Shown: positions 35,886 to 45,360 of the stretch, piece after piece
Position numbering within the stretch: position 1 is the first letter of the stretch
How the letters are laid out: each line of letters opens with the position of its first letter
Source: Candidatus Bathyarchaeota archaeon
Lineage (GTDB): Archaea > Thermoproteota > Bathyarchaeia > Bathyarchaeales > Bathycorpusculaceae
Length of the DNA: 64,000 nt
Reading direction: 5' to 3'
Assembly: GCA_963828195.1 (NCBI GenBank)
Contig: CAWHDT010000005.1
Span: 544,001-608,000 of the forward strand
Made by a program: the position numbers and the translations under genes
The notes under the pieces: generated by a model
Seen by the model: only the letters and a program-made list of their open reading frames with translations
What the model was told of the DNA's origin: nothing
Database searches by the model: none

Positions 35886-36397
35886 GTGTCTTTCCCCCTC
35901 AATTAACTAACGGATTTCTCCACTCCCACTATAAAACGTATCGCACACAAACAGTGAGAAAACACGCATCCACAACAAAGCAGATTGCCTATGAAAATGA
36001 TGAATTGCTGGTTTTTCTGTTTCGTTTTTCGGGGATTTTTTTATGTTGCGACTTTGGGCTGGTGTAAGTTGCGACTTTCCGCCTTGGGTCTTTGCGTTTT
36101 GGGTTGATTTTTTGGTTTGGGTTTGGTTTCTGCTTTTTCGTTGCGTCTTTGGGATGGGCGCTTTGCGACGTTGCATGTTGACGCGATGTTGAGGTTACTG
36201 TCGGTTATGGGCGGTCTCTGGAGGCGGCTGGTCTCGCCGTTGAGTTTTTCGCCGTGACTTTTTGGTTTTCTTGAGGTTGACGCAGCAGGCGGCGGGAAAG
36301 GGGTGGAAAAGCTGGTTTTGGCAAAACACGCTGCTTCCGCATTCAGAAAAAAATAATCCTTTCTCATCCAAGCCTTTTTGAAAAACAAACCTTTCAT

Positions 36398-36723
36398 TTA
36401 GAATAGGAGCGTTTTAGAGATTTTAGCATTTATTTCTTTTTTAAGTTTTGGACCGATTTCTCCGATCTCTCCAAGAATTAATTCCTTAGAGATAGTTGCT
36501 ATTTTGTCTAATTTAACGGTTGATGGTAACTTAAGCCCTGTTATTTTAAATTCAGGGTGGCTTTCATCAATCAATACATCAACAGGTTTTGTTTTTGCTA
36601 TTCTGGAGGAAATGAAAGCGACCAAAACATCTCTTTCGCCTTCATATAACACGAGTGCAGGCCTTAACTTAGTAACGTTAAATCAGTAAACGGAAAAGGA
36701 ATAAGAACTATTTTTCCCTTCAA
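36398..36723 (-). pseudogene. PemK/MazF-family toxin, frameshifted near 36675
   Basis: TTG start KGKIVLIPFPFTDLT, then a frame change to TKLRPALVL...GLKLPSTVKLDKIATI. Confidence 0.8.
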
Positions 36724-36914
36724 TTACTCTTAACCTTAGCCTTGATATCTTTAACCGAGTAAATATCAGGTTCCCCTTCAAGAAAATCCTTAAGAGATTT
36801 CTCCTCCAAAGCTACGAGCGCACAGGTGTCTTTTTCTTCCAGTAACGAATCGAGTTTGCTATTAACCTCAGAAAGCAAAGATTTTATTTCTTTTAAATCA
36901 ACTTCAATTATCAT
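36720..36914 (-). CDS. Putative antitoxin of the PemK-like toxin
   Basis: 64 aa, acidic (SLKDFLEGEPDIYS); stop overlaps the toxin start. Confidence 0.65.
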   Translation of the reverse strand: MIIEVDLKEIKSLLSEVNSKLDSLLEEKDTCALVALEEKSLKDFLEGEPDIYSVKDIKAKVKSN

Positions 36915-37051
36915 CGCTTTTCTCTAAGCTTAAATAATTTTTTAGCTTAAAACACTTTTGGGTACTCAAATATAAAAGCGTAGACTCATTCGTTTACTGG
37001 TTTGTTTTCATTCATTCAATTTACTTCAAATCCAGAAACAAAAAACGTTCC

Positions 37052-37240
37052 CACCGGCGGCAGCTTTGCCAACAACTAAACAATCAACAATGCACCTAAG
37101 CCAAAAACAGACACCTACAATTCAGCCAACCACAACACAGCCATGACTACATGACCTGGGCACTAACTTTGGCAGTAGCCCGTTGTATGTAAATGCCGCC
37201 TTCCGGCGCAGGAGCGGTAATGCTTCCGCATTCGGATAAA
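37052..37240 (+). pseudogene. Degenerate C-terminal fragment of a large terminase nuclease domain
   Basis: HRRQLCQQLNNQQCT*AKNRHLQFSQPQHSHDYMTWALTLAVARCM*MPPSGAGAVMLPH resembles the TerL HDDxxxALALA motif. Confidence 0.55.
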
Positions 37241-37462
37241 GCCAACCCTTTTCCGTCAACACCTTTTTGACTAGTTGATCATCGGATTTGGTTGTTCTGC
37301 CGTAGAAGTTAGCGAATGATTTGTTAGGATTTATCCAGTTGCAGGATTATCCGGAAATTGGATATCTCGAAAAACATCAATCATTAGCGCTTGATGAAGC
37401 CACCAAGCTCAAGGCGTCGCTGCATCATACTCAAACGTTAAATTTAGGTAGCTCTGACTTGT

Positions 37463-38038
37463 TTGACAATCATGGGGAGCTTAATGGAAAAGGCAGATTT
37501 TGAGTGCAGAAAATGCTTAAAAACTGTATCCGCCGAGCAGCGCAGAGCCAGTCCGTTTTGTCCAATCTGCGGCGCATTGCTCATCATTAAGCCGCTGCCT
37601 AAGCATTGGCTTTTCCAGTTTAACCCTTCAGTTTACAGATGGCTTGACCGAGTCAAAGACACAAGGGCGCCTGAACAGTGGCTGATAAGTCAACATGTCC
37701 AGTTGATTCGCAAAGGCGATTTAGTTGCAGTCTGGGGGTCAGGGCAAAAAGCCGGAGTCTACGCCTTAGGCAAAGTAATAACTAACCCGAAGCAAAGCCT
37801 TCTCAACCTTGGACAAGAGAAGTATTTTTTAGAAGAATATGGCGTCAGCAAGTTTCAAGAAAACTGCAGCGCTTTTGTGGAATATTTCCAAGTTTGCGTG
37901 GAGAAACCGCTTCTTCAAGAAGAGTGCAAAAAAGATAACGTGCTCTCAAACATGCAGATTTTAACAAACTCGCATGGAACAAACTTTCGACTTTCACCTG
38001 AACAGTGGAGTAGAATCCAGACCCTGATGGGGAAATAG
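37463..38038 (+). CDS. Zn ribbon plus EVE-domain protein
   Basis: CRKC...CPIC; HWLFQFNP...IRKGDLVAVWGSG...GVYALGKV...GTNFRLSPEQW. Confidence 0.8.
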   Translation: MTIMGSLMEKADFECRKCLKTVSAEQRRASPFCPICGALLIIKPLPKHWLFQFNPSVYRWLDRVKDTRAPEQWLISQHVQLIRKGDLVAVWGSGQKAGVYALGKVITNPKQSLLNLGQEKYFLEEYGVSKFQENCSAFVEYFQVCVEKPLLQEECKKDNVLSNMQILTNSHGTNFRLSPEQWSRIQTLMGK

Positions 38039-38601
38039 GCAATCCGACGAGGACACCAGCACCAACTAGACTCTGCCGAACAGCGTGCAAGCGAAACGGC
38101 TGGGCAGAAAACTAAATTGGTTTGTTGGGTTTGGGCTATGTTTGCCCCGCAGTTGATGCATTTAGATGCGTCTGGCTGGTTTTTGGTTCCGCAGTACGAG
38201 CATATTGTCATTCCGGGCGTTGTTGCTTCGGTGGGTGCAGCTGTTTGGGCTTTGTTGATGTTGTCTCTGATTATTTTGTAGACTTTGTCTGCGTCTGCTT
38301 TGGGCACGTCGTTTAGTACAAGCGGCGCGGTTTGGGTTTTGAAGGTGCATTTGATTGTTGAACGCATTAGTCCCTGCTCGATGGTTACGTTTTCGAAGTC
38401 GATGTAGTTGTAGTCGGTGTAGTCTTTTTTTAGCCCAAGCGCGTGGGGGTGGCGCAGAATGACTCTTTTGTTTGTGATGACAACCGAGTCTATGTCGATT
38501 TTGTAGTGGTAAAACTTTTGTTTAATGTACAGTTCAATGGTTTCGTTTTGACCCAGAATGTTAGTTAAATCATCAGGCGCCGCCAACAAGAAATCAACCA
38601 A
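37915..38601 (-). CDS. Bacterial-type PH domain plus Zn-ribbon protein
   Basis: LGQNETIE...VVITNKRVIL; CSYCG...CINCG; the C-terminal overlap with the EVE gene is probably spurious. Confidence 0.7.
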   Translation of the reverse strand: MVDFLLAAPDDLTNILGQNETIELYIKQKFYHYKIDIDSVVITNKRVILRHPHALGLKKDYTDYNYIDFENVTIEQGLMRSTIKCTFKTQTAPLVLNDVPKADADKVYKIIRDNINKAQTAAPTEATTPGMTICSYCGTKNQPDASKCINCGANIAQTQQTNLVFCPAVSLARCSAESSWCWCPRRIAYFPIRVWILLHCSGESRKFVPCEFVKICMFESTLSFLHSS

Positions 38602-38682
38602 CTAATAGAATATGGGACAATTATTTATTCATTAAACAAACCGATAACCCCCAGAAGCAACGCGCTATTTCTGTCGTTCAAC

Positions 38683-38833
38683 CTAGGCGTCGGCAAGCTT
38701 TTCTAGCACAGTCCGCATTTTCTTAATTTCTTCAGAGACCCTTTAACCCAAGCTGGCTTGCAACACCTTTAACAAAATTTCGGTATCCAACGCTTTGAAT
38801 CAAACCTTCCGCGATAATTGTAGCTTTAGCCAT
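38683..38833 (-). pseudogene. Internally deleted acylphosphatase-domain gene
   Basis: MAKATIIAEGLIQSVGYRNFVKGVASQLGLKG, then stop; short helical tail in another frame. Confidence 0.5.
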
Positions 38834-38959
38834 CAAATGAGCCTCAATTGACCCCTTTTTCTCACCGGGTTAGTTATTCTTTTTCATGGTCGGCTCTTTG
38901 CATTTAAGATTTACCCAAAATTTTAAGAATAAAAAAATAAAAACTATGGGAAGGGAGGA

Positions 38960-39448
38960 TTAGATCATGCGTTGTACTAGTTCGTTTATTGCTTCTCCGC
39001 GGTAGCCTGCTTCGCCGCCTGCGTTGTAGCCTCTTTTGGTTTTGCCTTTGTAGCCTTTGCTTGGCGGATGCAGCTTGAACTGTGGCTGTACGTCGGGTAG
39101 TTTTTGAAATTGGGCTTTGCAGTTTACTATGGCTTCGGCGAGGTCATCTATGGATTTGTAGCCTGTTTTTTGGATGTATTCGTCTGTGAGTTTTTTGTCG
39201 CCTGCTAACCGTGCGCGTTTTTGCAGCATCATGGCAACGGTTTCTTTTGTGGGTTCCCCGTAGGTGATGTAGCTGTTTACCCGCTGTAGCATTCCTTTGT
39301 ACGCTGGGCGGCTGTCTACAAGGACGGCGTGGTTGGTGTGCAGTAAATGCAGGAACTGGAGGGTTTCCCGTGTTTCCTTCTGGGCGCTTACTAAACCGCG
39401 GATCCTTACGACTACGAGGCTTTTGCATTCTTCAGTTTTCTGCGCCAT
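38960..39448 (-). CDS. rpl30: 50S ribosomal protein uL30 (archaeal long form)
   Basis: VVVRIRG, YITYGE, FKLHPPSKG, GYRGEAINELV. Confidence 0.97.
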   Translation of the reverse strand: MAQKTEECKSLVVVRIRGLVSAQKETRETLQFLHLLHTNHAVLVDSRPAYKGMLQRVNSYITYGEPTKETVAMMLQKRARLAGDKKLTDEYIQKTGYKSIDDLAEAIVNCKAQFQKLPDVQPQFKLHPPSKGYKGKTKRGYNAGGEAGYRGEAINELVQRMI

Positions 39449-40102
39449 CTACTTCACCCAGTCCACTTGAGTAATCAAATTATAGGTTTTGCGTAAACCG
39501 TCAAAGATTGCGCATGCGTAGGAGGGCACTGTCCGAGTTGAACCGAAACTTCTCATCCACAGGTCTTTCACGCCGGCTAAGCCGAAGATGACTTTGGCGA
39601 CCTCACTTGAAACCAGGCCTAAGCCTCGGGGTCCCGAAACAATGACGACTCGTACACCGCCGCATTTGCCTTCAACTTGAAAGGGAACTGAATGAGGTTT
39701 GCCGCAGCCGCACTCCCAACTTCCGCATCCCCGCTTTACTGGAATAATGTTTAACCGAGCGTTCACAGCAGCCTTCTCAATTGCGTTCCGCACCTGACTG
39801 GCCTTTCCTGAGCCCAAACCGATATAGCCGTCTCTATTTCCAACGGCAACTATGGCTTTAAATCGGGATTTTTCGCCCGCATCAGTTTGCTTCTGAACTA
39901 AGTTAACGTTTATGACTTCTTCTTGAAGGTCAGGAATCAACGAATCAACAATTTGGGCTTCAGAAATTTTTATGCCACTGAGGAAGACATCTTCTATGGT
40001 GGTTATTTTGCCTTCCTGAATCATCTTGCCTAAACGGGTTTTCGGAACCCATGTTTCTAAGTTAGTTTGTCTTTCTCTTTGCATTTGACCTGTACGACTC
40101 AT
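39449..40102 (-). CDS. rps5: 30S ribosomal protein uS5
   Basis: WVPKTRLG, QKQTDAGEKSRF, RGCGSWEC, GPRGLGL. Confidence 0.98.
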   Translation of the reverse strand: MSRTGQMQRERQTNLETWVPKTRLGKMIQEGKITTIEDVFLSGIKISEAQIVDSLIPDLQEEVINVNLVQKQTDAGEKSRFKAIVAVGNRDGYIGLGSGKASQVRNAIEKAAVNARLNIIPVKRGCGSWECGCGKPHSVPFQVEGKCGGVRVVIVSGPRGLGLVSSEVAKVIFGLAGVKDLWMRSFGSTRTVPSYACAIFDGLRKTYNLITQVDWVK

Positions 40103-40860
40103 GCTTTCTTCTCACCCTTCTTACTTGCCTTTTCCTTCGGCGCCGGTTCCTTTGCCGAAGCCTTTGGCTTAGACGCTACTTTCTTCGCAGGTGCCTTTTT
40201 CTTTTCAACGGGAACTTCTTTTTCAGCGGTTTCTTCGGCAGGCGCTGCTTTTTCTTCTGGCGCCACTTTTGCACCTTTAAATGAACCTATGATTTCAGCT
40301 TTCGCTTTATTGAATTGCTCAGAGATTTTTTCTGGAGCAACACCCTGCGCCGTGTACTTTGAGAATTTCTGGGCATACTCTTCTGAGCCTGCGCCTAAAC
40401 TTTTAGCGTACTTAGCAATATGTTCGCCTTTCATGCGTTCTTTAACAATTTTTTCTTCACTGTGGGGAACATTGACGCCAGCATCTAAAACTCCGCTTAG
40501 AACGGCGAAGATTTTTGAGCCTTTGGTTGGAGAAATTAAGCCAATGTCCAGTATTGCTTGTTCAACGCCTTTAGCTTTCGCCTTTAAACCGCAAAGCAGT
40601 CCAGTAAGATAAGCTGCGGGAATATTTCCTGTTGGAGCCTTCCAACCGTAGTTCTTTATAAGTTCCCGGCTGTTGGCTGAAGCTAAAACTTCGTCGCCGT
40701 GCGGTTTAGCCATCGTTATTTGCACTGTAACATTCTTCAGTGATGCTCTAGTAACAAGCCTAGGCTTTCCAGAAGTAACCAAAGCCTTCCGCGCTTGGTA
40801 ATCAGTTTTTCCTTCCCGTCTGCGTCTTAATTGCACACGGTAATTGCCGCTTTTTGCCAT
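40099..40860 (-). CDS. rpl18: 50S ribosomal protein uL18 with charged C-terminal extension
   Basis: RRRREGKTDY, NIPAAYLTG, GEHIAKY. Confidence 0.97.
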   Translation of the reverse strand: MAKSGNYRVQLRRRREGKTDYQARKALVTSGKPRLVTRASLKNVTVQITMAKPHGDEVLASANSRELIKNYGWKAPTGNIPAAYLTGLLCGLKAKAKGVEQAILDIGLISPTKGSKIFAVLSGVLDAGVNVPHSEEKIVKERMKGEHIAKYAKSLGAGSEEYAQKFSKYTAQGVAPEKISEQFNKAKAEIIGSFKGAKVAPEEKAAPAEETAEKEVPVEKKKAPAKKVASKPKASAKEPAPKEKASKKGEKKA

Positions 40861-41316
40861 CTAACGTTTCCTCCATAAATCATTAGCTTTTAAATTACGC
40901 TCCAGCTCAGCTATCGACTGGAACCTTCCGCTGCCAGCCATCCTGTAGTATTGGCTGTATGTTTTTTCAGTTATGATTCGGCTTGCCTTCAACTCGCGAA
41001 GCTTGCGCCTCAGAGACCGAATCTTTTTCATCCATGCCTCTTTCTTGGTAACCTTAGCGAAGCCAGCGCCAGTTATGCTGCCTGGACCGCCCCGCCTACC
41101 TTTAAGCTTTTTCTCGCGGATAGTTTTAGCTCTGGATCTGCTTACGCCTTTTTCTGGTAAAGAATCGATGATTTTCTCATGAATGAGTTTTCTTACTTCT
41201 TCGCGTGTAATGGCGCCTTCAACATCGTCCATCCGTTCAGGATCAATCCACACTCGGTTTTGCCCAATCTTTAAGATTTGAGCGGCTAATCGTCGTTGGC
41301 TTTTTAGGTCGGTCAT
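40861..41316 (-). CDS. rpl19e: 50S ribosomal protein eL19
   Basis: QRRLAA, RVWIDP, AITREEVRKLI, KGRRGGPGS. Confidence 0.97.
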   Translation of the reverse strand: MTDLKSQRRLAAQILKIGQNRVWIDPERMDDVEGAITREEVRKLIHEKIIDSLPEKGVSRSRAKTIREKKLKGRRGGPGSITGAGFAKVTKKEAWMKKIRSLRRKLRELKASRIITEKTYSQYYRMAGSGRFQSIAELERNLKANDLWRKR

Positions 41317-42056
41317 TGTTCCTCTTCTTCCTCCTTGGATTCTTCTTCCATCTCCGGTTCATCTTCTTCAGCGTCGGCTTCTTCTTCCACGTCAGGTTCA
41401 TCTTCGGGCTCAGGCTTGGTTTTCTTTGGTGCCTTTTCCTTCTTTTGCGTCTTCTCTTCAGCCTCGGCCTCTTCATCTTCCGGTTCGACTGGTTCGGCTT
41501 CTTTAAATGTGTCTTCGATTTCTTTCTCTTCTTTCTCGGTTTTTTGCTCTTCTGTCAACTCTTCGCCTTCAGCTGCTTCCCCTTCTTTCGTCTCTGCCTT
41601 GAGTGAAGCTTTGAAATTTAAGATTTTAATGTTAAGTTTCTTGGCTTCCGCAACTATTAGGGCGCGCTTTCTTTTGCCGACGGTGTGTGCTATGCGTGCG
41701 GCTTGGGTGCTTGGGTCTATTGTGGATAGGTCGGGCACATTGTAAACTAGTACTTCCCTGTAACCTGACGGATGCAAGCCTCTGGCGATGTTTGGTCCCT
41801 TATAACCAACGCTTACGCCGGCTGGCCAACCCTTGATTTTTCGCCTAATCTTGTTATCTAATCCTCTGGGTCTTCGCCAACTTATCGCGAATCTATCGTA
41901 CTTCCAGCTTTCAGCTCTTATGAATGCCGGTTTCTTGTTTTTGGCGCGAGCTCTGACCTTGAGTGCTTTTTGTGATATTGATGGTTTCCTTGGGGTTTTT
42001 TCGGTTTCGGTCTTTTCGGTCGTTTCAGTCTCGTCAGTCTTTTCGGTTTCGGTCAT
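41313..42056 (-). CDS. rpl32e: 50S ribosomal protein eL32 with long acidic tail
   Basis: WRRPRGLDNKIR, RGLHPSG, IAHTVGKRKR. Confidence 0.96.
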   Translation of the reverse strand: MTETEKTDETETTEKTETEKTPRKPSISQKALKVRARAKNKKPAFIRAESWKYDRFAISWRRPRGLDNKIRRKIKGWPAGVSVGYKGPNIARGLHPSGYREVLVYNVPDLSTIDPSTQAARIAHTVGKRKRALIVAEAKKLNIKILNFKASLKAETKEGEAAEGEELTEEQKTEKEEKEIEDTFKEAEPVEPEDEEAEAEEKTQKKEKAPKKTKPEPEDEPDVEEEADAEEDEPEMEEESKEEEEEQ

Positions 42057-42601
42057 TAGGCAACTCCCTCATTTCTTTCATACACGTATATGCCGTCGAG
42101 GAAAACACGTGGGTCTTTGTTCTTTACTCTTGTGGCTTGTTCGATGTTCGCGGCGGTTTGGCTTACATCTTCCAAGTTTGCGCCTTCAATAATGATGTCG
42201 TCAGGTTCAATTTTCACTTTGACATCGCCGATTATCTTTATGCTACGTGCTCTACGTTCACCCGTAAAGTTTTCAATCAAAATCGATTTACCTTGAATCT
42301 TTACTGAAATTGGAAAGTGGGAAAACACTATTTTTAGTTTATATGAATAGCCCTTTGTGACTCCTGTAATCATGTTTTGAATGTGCGATGTTATTGTTCC
42401 TACAAGTGCGGCTTCCTTTTTGCGTGGCCATTTTGCCCAAATACGAATGTTTTTTCCTTCGCCTTCAATAGAGATTTGTGCAAAAGAAAAGTCACGTGTT
42501 AAGGACCCTTTGGCGCCTTTAACGTTGACTTTTTTGCCTTCCAGGCTGACGTCTACGTTTTCGGGAACCTGAATAGTTTTAGATACTTCTGGAAGTCGCA
42601 T
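42056..42601 (-). CDS. rpl6: 50S ribosomal protein uL6
   Basis: NMITGVTKG, HFPI, NFTGE, DPRVFLDGIY. Confidence 0.98.
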   Translation of the reverse strand: MRLPEVSKTIQVPENVDVSLEGKKVNVKGAKGSLTRDFSFAQISIEGEGKNIRIWAKWPRKKEAALVGTITSHIQNMITGVTKGYSYKLKIVFSHFPISVKIQGKSILIENFTGERRARSIKIIGDVKVKIEPDDIIIEGANLEDVSQTAANIEQATRVKNKDPRVFLDGIYVYERNEGVA

Positions 42602-42612
42602 AAATTACACCT

Positions 42613-42996
42613 CTAATACACGAAGGCTAACAGCCTTCCTCCAACGTTTTTTTCTTCAGCATCCTTGTGGGCTATCACGCCTTTCGAAGTGGAAACAACC
42701 ATTATCCCTAAGTCTCTGGAGGGCAAATACTTCTTTTCCCAGTCTTCGAATTCGCCTACTTTTGCTGGGTAGCGCGGTTTTATTGGTCCACACTTGTTTA
42801 TTCTACCTAGTAATTGTACTTTGAATTTTCCAGAGCGTCCATCGTCGATGAATTCGAATTCGCCTATGTAACCGTTTAGCTGCATTATCCTTAGGACTCG
42901 ACCCAAAAGTTTAGAGGCAGGGCTAATTACGCATTCACGTTTGTTACGCATTTCATTGTTTACGATTGTGATCAATCCATTTGTTAAAGTGTCCAT
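42613..42996 (-). CDS. rps8: 30S ribosomal protein uS8
   Basis: GYIGEFEFIDDGR, GRINKCG, STSKG, GGRLLAFVY. Confidence 0.98.
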   Translation of the reverse strand: MDTLTNGLITIVNNEMRNKRECVISPASKLLGRVLRIMQLNGYIGEFEFIDDGRSGKFKVQLLGRINKCGPIKPRYPAKVGEFEDWEKKYLPSRDLGIMVVSTSKGVIAHKDAEEKNVGGRLLAFVY

Positions 42997-43008
42997 TTCT
43001 TTTAGCTC

Positions 43009-43173
43009 CTACTCATATTTTTTGAACCCAAGTTTTGGGGCTGCTTCCCTGAAACAGTGCCTACATAAATATAAATTGTACCGTCGAATAACTGGCCCGT
43101 AAGAGCCGCATCGGACGCATGGTCTTGAGCCTTTGCCGTATTTTCGTTCTTTTTTCAATTGTTGTTTTCCCAT
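43009..43173 (-). CDS. rps14: 30S ribosomal protein uS14 (54 aa, not in ORF track)
   Basis: [12 protein letters not shown]...[26 protein letters not shown]. Confidence 0.96.
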   Translation of the reverse strand: MGKQQLKKERKYGKGSRPCVRCGSYGPVIRRYNLYLCRHCFREAAPKLGFKKYE

Positions 43174-43188
43174 ACATTCAGCCTCTGT

Positions 43189-43731
43189 TTAAACGATTTC
43201 GACTCCTAACGTCTGTTTTATGAAGATAATTGATTCTTCAGGTGTTAACATGTGCTTGCGACCGATATGTTGCTTTTCTTTGCGTCGAATCCTCACTCGT
43301 TGCCCTGCACGATTAACAGTAACACAAATATCCATTCCGAAGATGCCTATTTCAGGGTCATATTTTACACCTGGAATTTCAATGTGTTCTTTAAGGCCGA
43401 AAGCAAAGTTACCATGCTCATCAAAGGAAGACTGCGAAACCTTGTTGTCTACAACGGGCAATACTTTCTTTAGAAAGTCAATAGCCTTCTGTTTTCGCAG
43501 TGTGACAACGACGGCAATTGGTTCTCCTTCGCGTATGCCAAAGTCACGGATGGTTTTTTTGGCTTTTTTCTTGATCGGCGTCTGATCTGTTATTTCTTTG
43601 AGCACTTTGTTGGCTTTTTCAAGCGGCTCACCTGATTTTCCAACGTTAAGGTTCACCACGACTTTTTCAATGCGGGGCTTAAGCATTGGATGCTCTTCCC
43701 AACTCTTAATTAAAGCTTCTTGCTCAGACAA
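43189..43731 (-). CDS. rpl5: 50S ribosomal protein uL5
   Basis: KVVVNLNVG, FGIREGEPI, GNFAFG, YDPEIGIFGMD. Confidence 0.98.
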   Translation of the reverse strand: MSEQEALIKSWEEHPMLKPRIEKVVVNLNVGKSGEPLEKANKVLKEITDQTPIKKKAKKTIRDFGIREGEPIAVVVTLRKQKAIDFLKKVLPVVDNKVSQSSFDEHGNFAFGLKEHIEIPGVKYDPEIGIFGMDICVTVNRAGQRVRIRRKEKQHIGRKHMLTPEESIIFIKQTLGVEIV

Positions 43732-44491
43732 CTGCGGATGCCTCCGGTACTGCTGCTATTAATGATTCGGTTTCACCGATGGAAAAGATGAAGTCTAAGA
43801 TTGTTTGATAACGGGTGCCTTTTGTGTCTTCTATTACCACTAGGGCTTGCCGTCGTTTCTTAGCTTCAGTTTTTTCTATTTCTATTATTTTGCCTTGTTT
43901 GCCAATGTTTTTGCCGCCGGTGATTACGGCTAAGTTTCCTTCTTTGGTTTTCAAGCTAAGAACCACTTGTTTTTCGGGATAAGTGACTTTTAAAATGTCA
44001 AAAGTTTCGTATGTGACTTCTGCTGGCTTCTTTGGGTCTGCAACTTTTATGAGCATGTTTGAGCCGTCGTGAACCGCGATTTGCATTCCGTTTTTAACAG
44101 TGGTTTTGTCTTCAACGCGGACAAGTGTGAAGCTTGCTTCTTCTTTGCTTATTGGATTTAAAACTAGTCCCTTATTGGACGGCATTATTCGGTAATACTT
44201 GCCTGCGTCAGGTATGGAGATGACATCCATCAGGCCGACTGGAAAATCGTCTTGTTTCCTCACTTTTCCGTTAACCTGTACTTTGCCTTGGGCAAGTATA
44301 AATTTGCCTTCTTTTCGTGTTTGCGCAACGCCTAGAATGTCTCGAAGAACCAGCGTTAATGGTAAACAACTCTGTAGAGAGTGCGAGCCGGATGAGGGCT
44401 TGACTATCCACGGAAGTTCTTTTCTATGAATTGGCCAGAATCTTGGAGCTGGCTTACGTTTCAGCCTTGCAGTTTTTCCTTTTTTACCCAA
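43724..44491 (-). CDS. rps4e: 30S ribosomal protein eS4
   Basis: LKRKPAPRFWPI, FPVGLMDVI, ITGGKNIG; TTG start inferred. Confidence 0.97.
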   Translation of the reverse strand: MGKKGKTARLKRKPAPRFWPIHRKELPWIVKPSSGSHSLQSCLPLTLVLRDILGVAQTRKEGKFILAQGKVQVNGKVRKQDDFPVGLMDVISIPDAGKYYRIMPSNKGLVLNPISKEEASFTLVRVEDKTTVKNGMQIAVHDGSNMLIKVADPKKPAEVTYETFDILKVTYPEKQVVLSLKTKEGNLAVITGGKNIGKQGKIIEIEKTEAKKRRQALVVIEDTKGTRYQTILDFIFSIGETESLIAAVPEASAVV

Positions 44492-44492
44492 A

Positions 44493-45353
44493 TTATTGTC
44501 CTCCCTCAGTTTCTTTAGAGGTTTTACGTTTAACACGCGGTTTCGCAGCAGCTTTTTTGGGCGCCGCCTCTTTTACCGGTGTTTTCGACGCAGCTGCTTT
44601 TTTGGTTGCTGCCTTCGGCTTTGCAGCTTCTTTCTTAGCAGGCGCCTTTTCTTCTACTATTGGAGCTTTTTCCTCAGCGGGTTTCTTTTTCGCCGGGGCT
44701 GATTTTTTAGCAGCAGGTTTCTTAGCTGGTGCTTTCTTTGCCGCTGGAGCTTTTTCCACTGTCTCCTCTGCTATTTCTTCCTCAGGAACTTGTTCCACTG
44801 GCGCTTCCTCTATAGCAATTCCAGGTGCTGCTTTTTCTTGTATAGGCGGTGCTTCCAAAGACGGTTCTTCGGCAGGTGCTTCAACAGGTTTTTCTTCTTC
44901 AATCTCTAATTGCGGCTGCTCGGGAATCTTTTCTGCTTTCTTGGATGGTTTCGGTTTTACTTTTGCCGCTGGCTTTTCTACACCCTTCTTTCTGCTAAGG
45001 ATATCTTTTCGCCATTTGTCGTCAAGGTTAAGGTTTCTTATTTCAACTTTGGATGGGTGTATTGGAAGGAAAATGTTTGTTCCATCAACTTTTTCACGAG
45101 TGAACCCCTCAATGTAGATTCGGAACAATCTGGTGTCAACACGTGAAACTTTGCCTTCAAACCCTTTGTTGTCGCCCCTTTTAATGCGAACTGTGTCGCC
45201 CTTTCTTACTGGAAGAGTTTTTGCTCCTCTTGAAGCAGCAAGCTCACTTGAAAGTGGGGACGACATGAGCCTGTGACGCAGGTGAGCAGGAGCATTAAAA
45301 AGCTTTTTCCGTTGCTTCCCAGGATTTTTTACTCGTTTGGTATCTTGCATCAT
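44493..45353 (-). CDS. rpl24: 50S ribosomal protein uL24 with ~160-aa Glu/Lys/Ala/Pro-rich extension
   Basis: PGKQRK, LPVRKGDTV, IHPSKV, then low-complexity AKKAPAKK repeats. Confidence 0.96.
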   Translation of the reverse strand: MMQDTKRVKNPGKQRKKLFNAPAHLRHRLMSSPLSSELAASRGAKTLPVRKGDTVRIKRGDNKGFEGKVSRVDTRLFRIYIEGFTREKVDGTNIFLPIHPSKVEIRNLNLDDKWRKDILSRKKGVEKPAAKVKPKPSKKAEKIPEQPQLEIEEEKPVEAPAEEPSLEAPPIQEKAAPGIAIEEAPVEQVPEEEIAEETVEKAPAAKKAPAKKPAAKKSAPAKKKPAEEKAPIVEEKAPAKKEAAKPKAATKKAAASKTPVKEAAPKKAAAKPRVKRKTSKETEGGQ

Positions 45354-45360
45354 CTTACAC

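Noticed and set aside
35907-36397. ORFs 35907-36176 and 36041-36397
   Set aside because: Low-complexity, strand-biased intergenic DNA with no recognisable motifs; probably non-coding.
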